This document shows positions 9,409 to 20,419 of a stretch of DNA of 64,000 nucleotides, piece by piece; the first letter of the stretch is position 1, and each line of letters opens with the position of its first letter. Under the pieces are notes generated by a model. It made no database searches. It worked only from the letters and a program-made list of their open reading frames with translations, and was not told where the DNA came from. This stretch comes from a virus. Lineage: Duplodnaviria; Caudoviricetes. Where the stretch lies: positions 1 to 64,000 of IMG/VR virus record IMGVR_UViG_3300028603_000017; one strand, 5' to 3'. A program made the translations under genes and the position numbers.

Positions 9409-12400
9409 ATGGCTTATTTTATCTCCACCCCTGGTGATGGTAGATACGGTATACTGAAAATACTCAACATCATAACAGAAAAACAATTTACGTTAGATGA
9501 TGTTGAGTTTTCACTTCCACAAAGACATGACTCTGATGTAGAGTCTAGAAACACGCAAGTAGTTGTTCACTTTAAAGGTGAAAAAGGTTATTATGGTAAT
9601 AAAACAGTTTATTACAACAGAACACACATTTCTGCATTACCGCCTTTAACGATTAACCGTAATGGTGCTACTACTTATTATGGTGTTATCAATACGCTTA
9701 ATGAAGAGTATAATTTATTCTTAACTGAAAACGATATCATTGAAGGTCCTCTTCCAGATATCGTTAGTTCCGTTATTACAGTAACACTACCTATATCTGA
9801 GAATTCATACACTTATTATAGTGGCGATGAGATTGAGGTAGATCCTTTTATTCCAGAGTATTCTATCAGCAATGTAACTGATACCTTAATGACCTACGTA
9901 TGTGTTGGTCATGATAAGTGGGCACAGTACTCGGATAATTCTGGTAGTACCTATCAAATTCTCGTAGAAACAAATAGTTACGATTGTGGTTATGATGATA
10001 CCAATCCTAGAATAAAACTCACCAATCCTGCCTCTATGTCAACACTGGAGGAGGAAACGTCTGACCCATTTACAATTGAATACTTAAATCCAGATCAGCC
10101 TATTACTGTTACAGTATCTGGTCCAGGCTTAACAATCAGTCAAACCACGTTTGAGTTAGATACTGAAAATACAGAAGGTACTTTCACAGTATCGTCCAAT
10201 CACCCTGGTATTTATACGATATCGATTACTAACGTAGGTGGAGCTATTAATCCTCCGTCTGTTAACTATACTTTTATTGATCGATACAATACAACCTATA
10301 GTGTCACTCCTCCTGATTTATCAAGATTGATCGAAGGTGAATTATCAGATGACTTTACAATCACTGGATATCAAATAGATCCAGATGAACCTGTTACAGT
10401 TACTATACATCCTTCTAGTGGCCTAGTATCAACAGTTAATACAGTTTTATTAACCAATACAAATCCAACAGGTATATTTAAGGTATCTGCTGTTAGTGCA
10501 GGCAGCTATACGTTAAGCTTTACTAATAATAGATTTCTAATCAATCCGCAACCTATCTCTGTTGATGTTCTGTATCCAGGTCATATTACCATCACACCAC
10601 CAGCTGAGCCGGTAGTTGATGGTGTTGAATCTGGTTTGTTTACAGCGACACTAGTCAATGGTTTAGAATCAGTTACAGTTACACCTAGCTTTACAGGTAA
10701 TGTAGTTGTATTTCCTGAAAGTTTTATTCTTTCACCACAAAACCCTACAGGTAATTTTAGAGTTACTTATACAGGTACTGGTGCAAATACATTATCTGTT
10801 ACTAATGATGGTGTTGCTTATAATCCTGACGATTATAATTTTACAGTTATTACTAAACCTACTTTTAATATAACTGTACCTACTAGTGAGATTTTATCTG
10901 GTCAAACATCTGATCCGTTTACCATTACGTTAGTTAATGGATATAAGCCCGTAACTATTGGTATTACGACTGATTTTGACCACATCTCTACGAATTCAGT
11001 TATTTTAACACCAGGTAATCCTACAGCTACCTTTACTGTGTTGGCTAATGTAGGTGGTATATATCATCTGAATTTTACCAATAATGCTCAGCTAGATAAT
11101 CCTAGTGAGATTACAATCAATGTTGATCAGGTTTATAACACAGAGTATTCTGTAACGCCTCCAGCTCAGCTAAATCTAACGATTGGACAGACCTCTGGTA
11201 ATTTCACAGTAACTGCCACTCAAGTAGATCCGTCTTTACCTTTGACAGTAACAGCTAGTTCAGATGAGGACTTAGAGTTTTCCCAAGATACTTTTGTATT
11301 GACAGCAGGATCTCCTAGTGCAACTTTCACAGTCAGCTCTGATGTAGAAGATACCTACACAATCAATTTTGATAACGATTTAGGTTTGGATAATCCTAAT
11401 GATATTAATGTCAATATCATTGATCCTGGATTTTTACACCTTACTCCACCTGAGTCTGATATATTTATCAATAACTATTCAGATCCATTTACTGTATCGT
11501 TAGAGGGTGGACACAACACAATCATTGTGTCTATGGCTTCAGCAGGAGCTACCTTTTCTCCATCTACATTAACTTTATCTCCAGATAATCCTACTGGAAC
11601 TTTTAGAGTTAGATACACTACAGCTGGCAATAAAACCATTGTTGTTTCTAATAACGGTATTGCAGTTAATCCACCAAGCTATCCATTAACAGCATACGCT
11701 GTACCTACTATTACAGTTACAGCACCTGCTACACCAGTTTATGTAGATCAGCAATCAAGTAATTACACGATTACTTTAAATAATGGGTATAAACCTGTAA
11801 CGGTTAATATAACTACTGGTATTGAAACGATTAGTGGCACCAGTTTTGAGCTAACACCGGCTGCACCTACCGCTACATTTACAGTACAAAGCTCTATAGA
11901 AGGGTCTTGGAGTCTTAACTTCACTAATACTGAAGGTTATACAATGACCAACAGTTTGAATGTGAATGTGACGGAATATGTTGGTCCTATATTGTTATTA
12001 ACAAAACCATCTGGTGACTTTTATGTTAATGAAACCAGCGGTAACTTTACAATCACATTACTCAATCCTGAAGCTAACGTTACTGTTACTGTTGTTACAG
12101 ATGCAGATACCGTTAGCAGTTATACGCACATTTTAGGAGTAGGTAATACAAGCAGAACTTTCACAGTTAAATACGATAATGTTGGATTTGGCACTGTTGG
12201 TATTACCAACAACATGGGTTATGCCAATCCACCTGCTCACAATATCGAAATCATTGAAAGAGAACCTGTTGTCTTTACACTCGTTAAAACAACACCAGAT
12301 CCAGCTTTAAGAAATGTAGGACAAGTATTTACAATATCTGCTACCAATATTGGTAACACCATTAACGTAGTGGGTGTTGTTGATCCTACAGATGGTGTTA

Positions 12401-15400
12401 GTGTATCTCCAAGCAGTAGAAATTTAACACAAGGCTCTCCCAGCTCTACATTTACTGTAACAGCTAGTAATCCTGGCGATTATACATTTGGTATAACAAA
12501 CAACCAAGACGCTACAAATCCTACACCAGTAGAGTATACAGTTATTAATGGTGAGATACTATTAAGAGTACCTACTACCAATATTGCTTCAGGTATTGAG
12601 ACAGATTGGTTTGAAGTAGAGCTAACCAATTACAATACCAATACAGTTGTAGATATTGGTTTAACTGACTTTACAGATGGATCTGTTAGTATAGATCCAA
12701 CCGATGTCTATCAAACCAGTAGGATTTTATTAACATCTAGTAATAGAATCGGTAGATTTAAATTAACAAAAGCATCTGCTGGTAACATTACTTTATCGAT
12801 TACCAATAATCAAAGTCTGATTAATCCAGAATCTGTAGAATTGACTTTCTACGTAGGACCTGAATTAAGCGTCACTGCTCCTAGCGTAACAGAAGTCTTT
12901 GTTAATCAAATTGTGGGAAACTATGTGGTGACTCTATCTAATCCTGATAGTGAAGTCACATTTACATCCTACTACGATCCATTGGCTCAAGACACCAATA
13001 AAGCCAATGTTACGCTTTATATGGATTTCCAAGGTCAAGAAGAATCTACTGACTTTAAAGACTATAGTAATAAAAAATATACCATAAACAAAGTCTTTGC
13101 TGATCCTGATAATCCTGGAGTAGTTTTATCAGACACTGATCCTATCAATGGATATACCAGTGCTCAGTATTCAACTACAAATCACTATTTAACAGTTACT
13201 GAAACTACTAATGATTTTAGGTTTCCTGGTAACTTTACAATAGAAATTGATTTTAGAACTTCTTCAACTTCTAAAGTCTTATTAGATAAATATGCGTCTT
13301 CAGGTGCTAGTTGGTACTTGTGGATAAATGCTGACGGTTATTTACAGTGGTTTAGCAATGTTACTGGAGAGCTAGTTTCTCCAGACGCTGTCAATGACGA
13401 TGAAGTAAAACAAGTAGCTATTACTAGAGTAGGTGCTACTTTGTATATGTTCATCAATGGTCAAATGACAGCATCTAAGGCTGTATCGACATCAGAGATT
13501 GCAGGTGCTGGTACTACATTAGGTATCGGGGCTAGACACACTAATAGAAATTCAGCTTATGATTTTGTAGGCTCAATTGGTAGACTCGTTATTACTAAAG
13601 GTGTAGGTAGATATAATGCTAATTATGCTGTACCTGAGCTTAAAATACTGAAGATAGAGCCTCAAGCTCTGGTATTAGATGCTGGTGAGCCTACTCAAGT
13701 ATTTACTGCACAGTCTCCTAGTGCAGGACAATATTCGATTAAGTTCAGTAATGACAGAGGTATTGCAAATCCTACCGATCAATTATTGGCTTTCAGACCT
13801 ATACCTACCATAGAGCTTATACCGGCTCCGTATGTAACGGTAGACGGCTACTATATCGATGAAGAAACTAAAGACTTTACAATCAATCTCTTAAATGCCT
13901 CTGAGATGGATATTGAAATCAGTATCGTCAAAGACAGTGCTTTAGAGTTATTAGAAACACCTTTTGGTTGGGATGGTACTAAAACCATCATGAACCAAGA
14001 TAATGATAGCGTTAATTTTACAATAATTGCTAACGCATTAGGTAGTTATAGTTTACAGATACTTAATAACAAAGGTTTACCTAATCCTACTGTCTTTTAT
14101 TTAAAAATTAATGAAAGAACAGAATTAGCTCTAGGTTTAGAAGCTCCTGATAACACAAATATAGAGGTCAATAAAAACAGTGATAATTTTACTGTTAGAT
14201 TATTAGGTCCTCATATTCAAGACGTAACTGTCACTCCAGTGTCTGATCCTGCTGGTGTTGTATTTGAGCCTAGCTATTTTATTCTTAATCAAAGCAATAA
14301 AGTAGCTACATTTACAATCAGCTCAAATACGACTGGTGTATTTGATATCGGTATAGAAAACGATGCTGAGATCACAGATCCTGCTGCTGTAGAGTTTAGC
14401 TTCAGAGCAGCTTCACTATTACAGATTACTAGTGAACCTAGTGAATTACGTCAAAATGAGGAATCTGGGTTATTTGTATTAACACTGACCAATCCTTATC
14501 AACCTATTACAGTGCAGCTAGTTTCTCCAGACGCTGTCTTTAGTACAAATAACTTCATACTCTCCCCTGAATCCCCTACAGCCACCTTTACGGTAACCTA
14601 TAGTGGATTTGGTTTAAGACAAATACAGTTTATAACAGATATTGAAGTTACAGATAACACAGGCCACCAAGTTACTGTATTACCAACCGATGCACCCGCT
14701 TATATCACTTTAGATATTCCTGAGGGAGATTTATTTGCTGGTGTTAATTCTGGTGATTTTATTTTAACGCTACATAATGGTCCGTGGCATTATGATGAAG
14801 ATGATAACATCTTACAATATACAGTAGATACTGAATTGGTCACAACTGATTGGTCACTACCAGTCGATAGTTCTTTTGTACCAAAACAAGTAAACGTTGC
14901 AATTACTAGTGATACTGAAGTATTTAGTAAAACTGAGTTTGTATTAAATGCTGTCAATAACGTAGATACATTCAAATTAAACGGTGTTGAAGCAGGACAT
15001 TTTACGATTGAAGTAAGTAACGATAGCGATATCACAAACCCAGCAACTACAAATATTGTTGTGGATGCGGAACTATTTATTGGATTAACAGCTCCTGATG
15101 AAACTGTGTATAAATCAAGGAGATCTCACCCATTTGTAGTAAGTGTACCTGATTTAGATAGAGAAGTTGTTATTACACCTATATCTAGTAGTGAGGACAC
15201 GATATTCTATCCTGAATCTTTTACATTAACGCCCAGTAATCCTACTGGTGAATTTACAATAAAACACGCAACTGTAGAAACTATTTCTATTGGTTTAACT
15301 AACAACATCGGGTTGATTGATCCGATTGATGTTGACGTAGTGTTGGAAGATATGGATGAATGGGCTGAATATATTGAATATTTAGTAGCACCCACATCAA

Positions 15401-18400
15401 CTACTATAGACAATAAAGCTTATAGCGGATTGACATTAAATCCAGTTGGCGCGACCAGCGCTGTTAAAACCAGTTATGCACCATTTCCTGAGACTGGAAA
15501 TGAAGGTTATATTCTTAGTATACCTACAAACCAAGTCAATGTACTAAGACTACATAGTGATGACCTAAGTCCTCTTAGAATAAACTCTACAAAAGAGTTT
15601 ACTTTAGAGTTTAATATAAACACCAAAGAAAATAACTCATCAAATATAGTTACTTTGGTTGATTTTGGTGGAGAATACTATAGTGATGCTAATTTAGGGT
15701 ATGCTCCATGGATTTACATCGATAAATCTAACAACAGCATAGCTTTATATGACACTGTGCAAAAGACTGTAGTTTATTCTACACCAAGCAATAGCGTACC
15801 AGTATCACCATCAGACTATGAATTCCAATATATCGTTATTCAATATAAGAACGAGGTTATTAGTTTTTATGTGAATACTCAATTGGTTGGTACATTTAAC
15901 TATTTAATGCCTGATATTAATCATGGAACTAGTGTAGCTAGTACGAAAGTAATTAGCTTATTATCAACAAATAGAATTACTAGCGATAGTTTCTGGCAGT
16001 ATGCTGATGCTATTCGCTATACTGCCAAAGCCAGATATCAAGATTTGACACCACCGTTGCTATCTAGGTTATCTGCTACTAACATTACAGCTCTTAGACT
16101 GTATGAGCCAGCAGTGCCTTATATAGACAAAAATGAGATTAGTCATAATTTCACAGTGTCTCTAAGAGGAGAACTTGTTGGTGATGTGGTTATAACACCT
16201 AGAGCAAATGTGAGTGGTGTTCTATTTACACCACAGAGCTTGAGTTTAAATACTGCCAACAGAACAGCAGTATTTACAATGGTGTCAAACACGGTTGGTG
16301 AAGTTATAGTAACTATTGATGATTCCAGATATTTATATTGTCAAGATGGTATAAAAATTCAAGTATTAGATGTTGATCCATATTACGATAATACTTGTTT
16401 AAATTTCAGACCTAACACTCACGCTAATGAGGTAAGTAACTCTGCTTTTATAGATGTCAGTAATGTAGGACATACTTTAAATAATAGTTATAGTGGTGCA
16501 GAACGAGCTATTGTAGCTAAAGAATATTTAAGCATAGGTGGGCGAGCTGCTTATAAATCAGAAAATACCAATAGTTCAACTTCACTTACTTTTAATAGAT
16601 TACAAGCTACATTTGCTGACTTAAGTAATGATTTTACTATTGAAGGCACTATAGCTATAAGTAAAGACGGCAATGAAACCGGTTATATTCTGAACTTATA
16701 TCGTGGTATATCTGGTGATTATAGCGGTATTATAATACAATACGTTAGATCAATAAATAAATTACTAATAGTTGGTAATAATCAATACTTAATTCCTATT
16801 GAAGAAACACCAGCTACAATACCGCCCGCTAATACATTGTTTGATTTTGCGGTAGAATATATATCGGGTGTATTAACTATTTACATAGATGGCGATATTT
16901 ATGCTTCTAAGTATGTAACCATCAATAATCCAGCTGTGGATACTACGGCTTTTATTATGGGTAGGTCAGGTAGCGGTACTTATGCTTTTAATGGATGGCT
17001 ATCTAGATTAAGAGTAACAGGAGGTATGTATCGTTATGGCGCACCATATACTCCAACAGCTTTACCATTTAGTGGATCCAAAGCTAAGTTACTATCAATG
17101 ACTTCACCTGAGTTAGAAATATACGATACACAACAAACAGATGTATTTACTATAACGGCTTCAGGATTAAATAGACAAGATTGTGTTATCAACCTTGATG
17201 TTGGTAATCCAGGTTTGGTATTTACACCATCTACTATTACGTTGACAAAAGCAACACCTAGCGCTACATTTAAAATATCTGGTGAGCCAGGTATTTACAA
17301 CGTAGTCATTAATAATAATTTATTAATAGATGGTATTGATCCTTTTACATTGACAATTTACGATAGTAGTGAATCTATTATTTCTGTAGATGAACCTACT
17401 GATACTCAATACTTTACCAATGAAGAGTCTGATACTTATTCGCTAAGTGTTAGTAATCCAGTATTACCTATACAAACAGCGTTTGTTATAGATCCATTAC
17501 ACTTCGATCCTTATAAGGACGATGTGGTGGTTTACTTTGATTTTAATCTACCTAGTTATAAAGACATTAACAATATCGTAGAATGGACAGGTAATCCAAA
17601 TTACACTATCATTCCTATCAATAACCCTACTATTGATAGAATTAATCCGATTGACGGCATTAGTGATGTTGTTTTTGATACTGATCAAGGTATATATTTA
17701 GTAGATAGTGCTGAAGAATCTGCCTTTAGCTTACCAGGTGATTTCACTATTGAGGTAGATTTCATAGCAACTAACGATAATCAGCAAAGAAATATCTTTA
17801 GAATAGGTTCTAGCTATAATTCAACAGATAGTTCTAGAATTCGTGCTTATTTTCAGCATACCAGCAACTCTATTAATATAGAAATATACAGTAACCTAGG
17901 CACTTATGTAACACATACGTACAGTGGTCCTGAGCTTGCCCTAAATGTCGTAACTAGATTAGCGATTGCTAGAAAATTAAATACAAACACTATTTATCTA
18001 TTTATAAATGGTGTATTAGTATTTATGAATAATGCATCGCCACTCAATAGCACTATTATTAGTCCTAGTAATAAGGATATAATGATTGGCTCAGACATGA
18101 GTATTCCAGAGTATCCACAAAATAGTTTTAAAGGTAATATTAGTACTTTTAAGATTACTAAAGGTATTTGCAAATGGACTAGTAATTACGACATTAACGA
18201 ATATCGTGATATTTATCCTATATTTACACCTAATAACATTTATTTAGATGATGAGGATAATGAGATTGAATTTACTATTGCTTCATCTTATCCTAAGCAA
18301 TATAAAGTCATTGTTGATAACAATAAGAATTTAAATAAGCCTGAATTCTTAATAGGGTTTAATAAAATACCTGTTATTAATTTAATAAGACCAACAGTAA

Positions 18401-19092
18401 CTACTATAGTTAAAGATGATTATTCTGAACAATATATTTTATCTTTAACAGATCCAGGATTAAAGCCTGTGTTTGTAACTATTGAGTTACCTACTAATTT
18501 AACAATTCATTCAGCCAGCCTGAGTCCTACGTCTGGCACTACTTTTGAATTAGATATCAATACGCCTACCCTTACGTTTACTCTAACCAGTACAATAATA
18601 GGCGATTATTCGTTTAACATTAGTAATACTGAAGGATTAAATAATCCAGCAATTACTAATCTAACTGTTAAAGTACCTGAAATTATAATTACTGGACCTA
18701 ATACCAGTAATGAGGTATATGTAGGTGAAGACTCTAGCGACATCACAGTTGGTCTAGATATTGCTAATTCACCGATTGATTTAACAGTAACAATACCGAC
18801 AGATGTGACTTTTACTGATTTAGATCCTGAGATTAAGTCTAGAATCTATACATTCAGTAAAGACATTTTAGAACATAAGTTCAAGATAAGAAGCTCTGTT
18901 GGTGACAGTACTCAGCAAATTACTGTCACCCATAGTGGTGATATCGACACACAAACCATCGATATCTATATTGTGGACAGACCACTCCTACCTAATAATA
19001 TCAAGTCTACAGATTTTGATATGTATTTGGTACAAAGAGAATCTCAAGAAACTGATAACGACATTAATTTGTTACAAGGTTTCTTTGATTAA
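9409..19092 (+). CDS. Giant 3227-aa virion adhesin: phiKZ gp131-like N-terminal attachment domain, about 20 Ig-like repeats, four LamG domains
   Basis: NTQV...YYG....YYNR N-terminal domain. ~94-aa repeats with L(S/T)PxNPTxTF. Four FTIE/FTLE...RY LamG units. Confidence 0.85.
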   Translation: MAYFISTPGDGRYGILKILNIITEKQFTLDDVEFSLPQRHDSDVESRNTQVVVHFKGEKGYYGNKTVYYNRTHISALPPLTINRNGATTYYGVINTLNEEYNLFLTENDIIEGPLPDIVSSVITVTLPISENSYTYYSGDEIEVDPFIPEYSISNVTDTLMTYVCVGHDKWAQYSDNSGSTYQILVETNSYDCGYDDTNPRIKLTNPASMSTLEEETSDPFTIEYLNPDQPITVTVSGPGLTISQTTFELDTENTEGTFTVSSNHPGIYTISITNVGGAINPPSVNYTFIDRYNTTYSVTPPDLSRLIEGELSDDFTITGYQIDPDEPVTVTIHPSSGLVSTVNTVLLTNTNPTGIFKVSAVSAGSYTLSFTNNRFLINPQPISVDVLYPGHITITPPAEPVVDGVESGLFTATLVNGLESVTVTPSFTGNVVVFPESFILSPQNPTGNFRVTYTGTGANTLSVTNDGVAYNPDDYNFTVITKPTFNITVPTSEILSGQTSDPFTITLVNGYKPVTIGITTDFDHISTNSVILTPGNPTATFTVLANVGGIYHLNFTNNAQLDNPSEITINVDQVYNTEYSVTPPAQLNLTIGQTSGNFTVTATQVDPSLPLTVTASSDEDLEFSQDTFVLTAGSPSATFTVSSDVEDTYTINFDNDLGLDNPNDINVNIIDPGFLHLTPPESDIFINNYSDPFTVSLEGGHNTIIVSMASAGATFSPSTLTLSPDNPTGTFRVRYTTAGNKTIVVSNNGIAVNPPSYPLTAYAVPTITVTAPATPVYVDQQSSNYTITLNNGYKPVTVNITTGIETISGTSFELTPAAPTATFTVQSSIEGSWSLNFTNTEGYTMTNSLNVNVTEYVGPILLLTKPSGDFYVNETSGNFTITLLNPEANVTVTVVTDADTVSSYTHILGVGNTSRTFTVKYDNVGFGTVGITNNMGYANPPAHNIEIIEREPVVFTLVKTTPDPALRNVGQVFTISATNIGNTINVVGVVDPTDGVSVSPSSRNLTQGSPSSTFTVTASNPGDYTFGITNNQDATNPTPVEYTVINGEILLRVPTTNIASGIETDWFEVELTNYNTNTVVDIGLTDFTDGSVSIDPTDVYQTSRILLTSSNRIGRFKLTKASAGNITLSITNNQSLINPESVELTFYVGPELSVTAPSVTEVFVNQIVGNYVVTLSNPDSEVTFTSYYDPLAQDTNKANVTLYMDFQGQEESTDFKDYSNKKYTINKVFADPDNPGVVLSDTDPINGYTSAQYSTTNHYLTVTETTNDFRFPGNFTIEIDFRTSSTSKVLLDKYASSGASWYLWINADGYLQWFSNVTGELVSPDAVNDDEVKQVAITRVGATLYMFINGQMTASKAVSTSEIAGAGTTLGIGARHTNRNSAYDFVGSIGRLVITKGVGRYNANYAVPELKILKIEPQALVLDAGEPTQVFTAQSPSAGQYSIKFSNDRGIANPTDQLLAFRPIPTIELIPAPYVTVDGYYIDEETKDFTINLLNASEMDIEISIVKDSALELLETPFGWDGTKTIMNQDNDSVNFTIIANALGSYSLQILNNKGLPNPTVFYLKINERTELALGLEAPDNTNIEVNKNSDNFTVRLLGPHIQDVTVTPVSDPAGVVFEPSYFILNQSNKVATFTISSNTTGVFDIGIENDAEITDPAAVEFSFRAASLLQITSEPSELRQNEESGLFVLTLTNPYQPITVQLVSPDAVFSTNNFILSPESPTATFTVTYSGFGLRQIQFITDIEVTDNTGHQVTVLPTDAPAYITLDIPEGDLFAGVNSGDFILTLHNGPWHYDEDDNILQYTVDTELVTTDWSLPVDSSFVPKQVNVAITSDTEVFSKTEFVLNAVNNVDTFKLNGVEAGHFTIEVSNDSDITNPATTNIVVDAELFIGLTAPDETVYKSRRSHPFVVSVPDLDREVVITPISSSEDTIFYPESFTLTPSNPTGEFTIKHATVETISIGLTNNIGLIDPIDVDVVLEDMDEWAEYIEYLVAPTSTTIDNKAYSGLTLNPVGATSAVKTSYAPFPETGNEGYILSIPTNQVNVLRLHSDDLSPLRINSTKEFTLEFNINTKENNSSNIVTLVDFGGEYYSDANLGYAPWIYIDKSNNSIALYDTVQKTVVYSTPSNSVPVSPSDYEFQYIVIQYKNEVISFYVNTQLVGTFNYLMPDINHGTSVASTKVISLLSTNRITSDSFWQYADAIRYTAKARYQDLTPPLLSRLSATNITALRLYEPAVPYIDKNEISHNFTVSLRGELVGDVVITPRANVSGVLFTPQSLSLNTANRTAVFTMVSNTVGEVIVTIDDSRYLYCQDGIKIQVLDVDPYYDNTCLNFRPNTHANEVSNSAFIDVSNVGHTLNNSYSGAERAIVAKEYLSIGGRAAYKSENTNSSTSLTFNRLQATFADLSNDFTIEGTIAISKDGNETGYILNLYRGISGDYSGIIIQYVRSINKLLIVGNNQYLIPIEETPATIPPANTLFDFAVEYISGVLTIYIDGDIYASKYVTINNPAVDTTAFIMGRSGSGTYAFNGWLSRLRVTGGMYRYGAPYTPTALPFSGSKAKLLSMTSPELEIYDTQQTDVFTITASGLNRQDCVINLDVGNPGLVFTPSTITLTKATPSATFKISGEPGIYNVVINNNLLIDGIDPFTLTIYDSSESIISVDEPTDTQYFTNEESDTYSLSVSNPVLPIQTAFVIDPLHFDPYKDDVVVYFDFNLPSYKDINNIVEWTGNPNYTIIPINNPTIDRINPIDGISDVVFDTDQGIYLVDSAEESAFSLPGDFTIEVDFIATNDNQQRNIFRIGSSYNSTDSSRIRAYFQHTSNSINIEIYSNLGTYVTHTYSGPELALNVVTRLAIARKLNTNTIYLFINGVLVFMNNASPLNSTIISPSNKDIMIGSDMSIPEYPQNSFKGNISTFKITKGICKWTSNYDINEYRDIYPIFTPNNIYLDDEDNEIEFTIASSYPKQYKVIVDNNKNLNKPEFLIGFNKIPVINLIRPTVTTIVKDDYSEQYILSLTDPGLKPVFVTIELPTNLTIHSASLSPTSGTTFELDINTPTLTFTLTSTIIGDYSFNISNTEGLNNPAITNLTVKVPEIIITGPNTSNEVYVGEDSSDITVGLDIANSPIDLTVTIPTDVTFTDLDPEIKSRIYTFSKDILEHKFKIRSSVGDSTQQITVTHSGDIDTQTIDIYIVDRPLLPNNIKSTDFDMYLVQRESQETDNDINLLQGFFD

Positions 19093-19101
19093 TTAAGGTG
19101 T

Positions 19102-19139
19102 CATAGCTCCAGGTAGGCTTAACCTACCTGGAGCGTATG
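19102..19139. terminator. Intergenic palindrome H6
   Basis: cata-gctccaggtagg-cttaa-cctacctggagc-g-tatg. Confidence 0.8.
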
Positions 19140-19187
19140 TCTTCAATTCTGTGACTATAGTTATTTCTTTATAAAAGGAACTCTAAC

Positions 19188-20405
19188 GTGAGCTACGTAC
19201 AAACAATCTATCAATCCCATCCTAAGAACCCTTTTGCTAACTTTAATGCTCAAAATGCTGCCGGTAGTTTAATTATTTTATTTGATCTACTGTTAGTTGA
19301 CGGTGGTCCTACTATCAATATCGATACGATTACCAGAGATGGTGTTAATGCTGTCATAAAGACTACACTTAATCATGATTTTGTTGTAGGTGATAAGATA
19401 TTAATTGCTGATACAGGTGAAGCTAATTTCAACGGTGTTAAACGAGTAGAGCAAGTATTGACTACTGATGAAGTTGTTGTATTTGTAGAAAATACTGGTA
19501 GCACGAGCGTTTCAGCTGGTACTGTAAAGTGGGCTAGTGCTGGTTGGACCAAGTACTACTCTGGTAGCTATGAAGCTATTTACCAAAGTGCTGACCTCTA
19601 CGATGGTGCACCTTTTTATCTACAACTACTAGATGATAACACTGTAACTGCTAGGGTAAGAGTAGGTAGAAACGTAACAGCAATGAATGTAGGAGAACTA
19701 CTCACTCCTGAGACATATATAAAAAAGGGCGAAACAAAGCTATCGTACTGTATTTTTGCCGATAATAAAACTATTCATGCGTCTTGGAACCAAACCATTT
19801 TGTGGTCTATTGGGTATGGTAAGAAAATAGATGAAGAGTTAGAGCTATTAATGCCTCCCAGTATTTATGCTCCTAGCGCTACAACTACTGCCCTTGCAAA
19901 CAATAATAACCCATCTTCTGGGTTTGGCTATAAGTCAGATTTAAAGATTCAGATGACGCAAAACCAAAGCAGTTGTTGTATTTTAGCCAGTGATCCCATT
20001 ATAGCATCAAACTCTATTGGTATAACATCTATTTTAGGTAGACCTATAGCAAATAGTACTGGTGGTGCGCTAGCAAGTGCTAGTAGTCCGTCTTTTTTAG
20101 ATAATTCCCAAAATGGTCTTCGTGGTGTAAATACCTTAACCGGTAAAATGCAATTATGTTCTGTAGATATTTGGGAAAAGATTGGTGAAATAGGTGATTG
20201 CTTCCAACCTAATTGTAGAGTTAGAGGTTTTTATCAGGCGTACGCCAGATTGCCTTATGAATATATTTCAACCAGTCCTGATCTACATATGAAGATGAAA
20301 ATCAAGATTGATAATGTTGATACTAACTTTATAGCTGTAAATTATTTTGTTAATACAACAAACAACTCTCAATTATTTATCAATGCAGATAGTTGGGAAG
20401 ACTAA
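19188..20405 (+). CDS. Putative tail fibre/receptor-binding protein
   Basis: GSLI.LFD.LLVDG, HDFVVGD.ILI...NFNG and AGWTK motifs seen in phage tail proteins. AAGGA RBS before GTG. Confidence 0.55.
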   Translation: MSYVQTIYQSHPKNPFANFNAQNAAGSLIILFDLLLVDGGPTINIDTITRDGVNAVIKTTLNHDFVVGDKILIADTGEANFNGVKRVEQVLTTDEVVVFVENTGSTSVSAGTVKWASAGWTKYYSGSYEAIYQSADLYDGAPFYLQLLDDNTVTARVRVGRNVTAMNVGELLTPETYIKKGETKLSYCIFADNKTIHASWNQTILWSIGYGKKIDEELELLMPPSIYAPSATTTALANNNNPSSGFGYKSDLKIQMTQNQSSCCILASDPIIASNSIGITSILGRPIANSTGGALASASSPSFLDNSQNGLRGVNTLTGKMQLCSVDIWEKIGEIGDCFQPNCRVRGFYQAYARLPYEYISTSPDLHMKMKIKIDNVDTNFIAVNYFVNTTNNSQLFINADSWED

Positions 20406-20419
20406 TAAAGGAGTATCAA

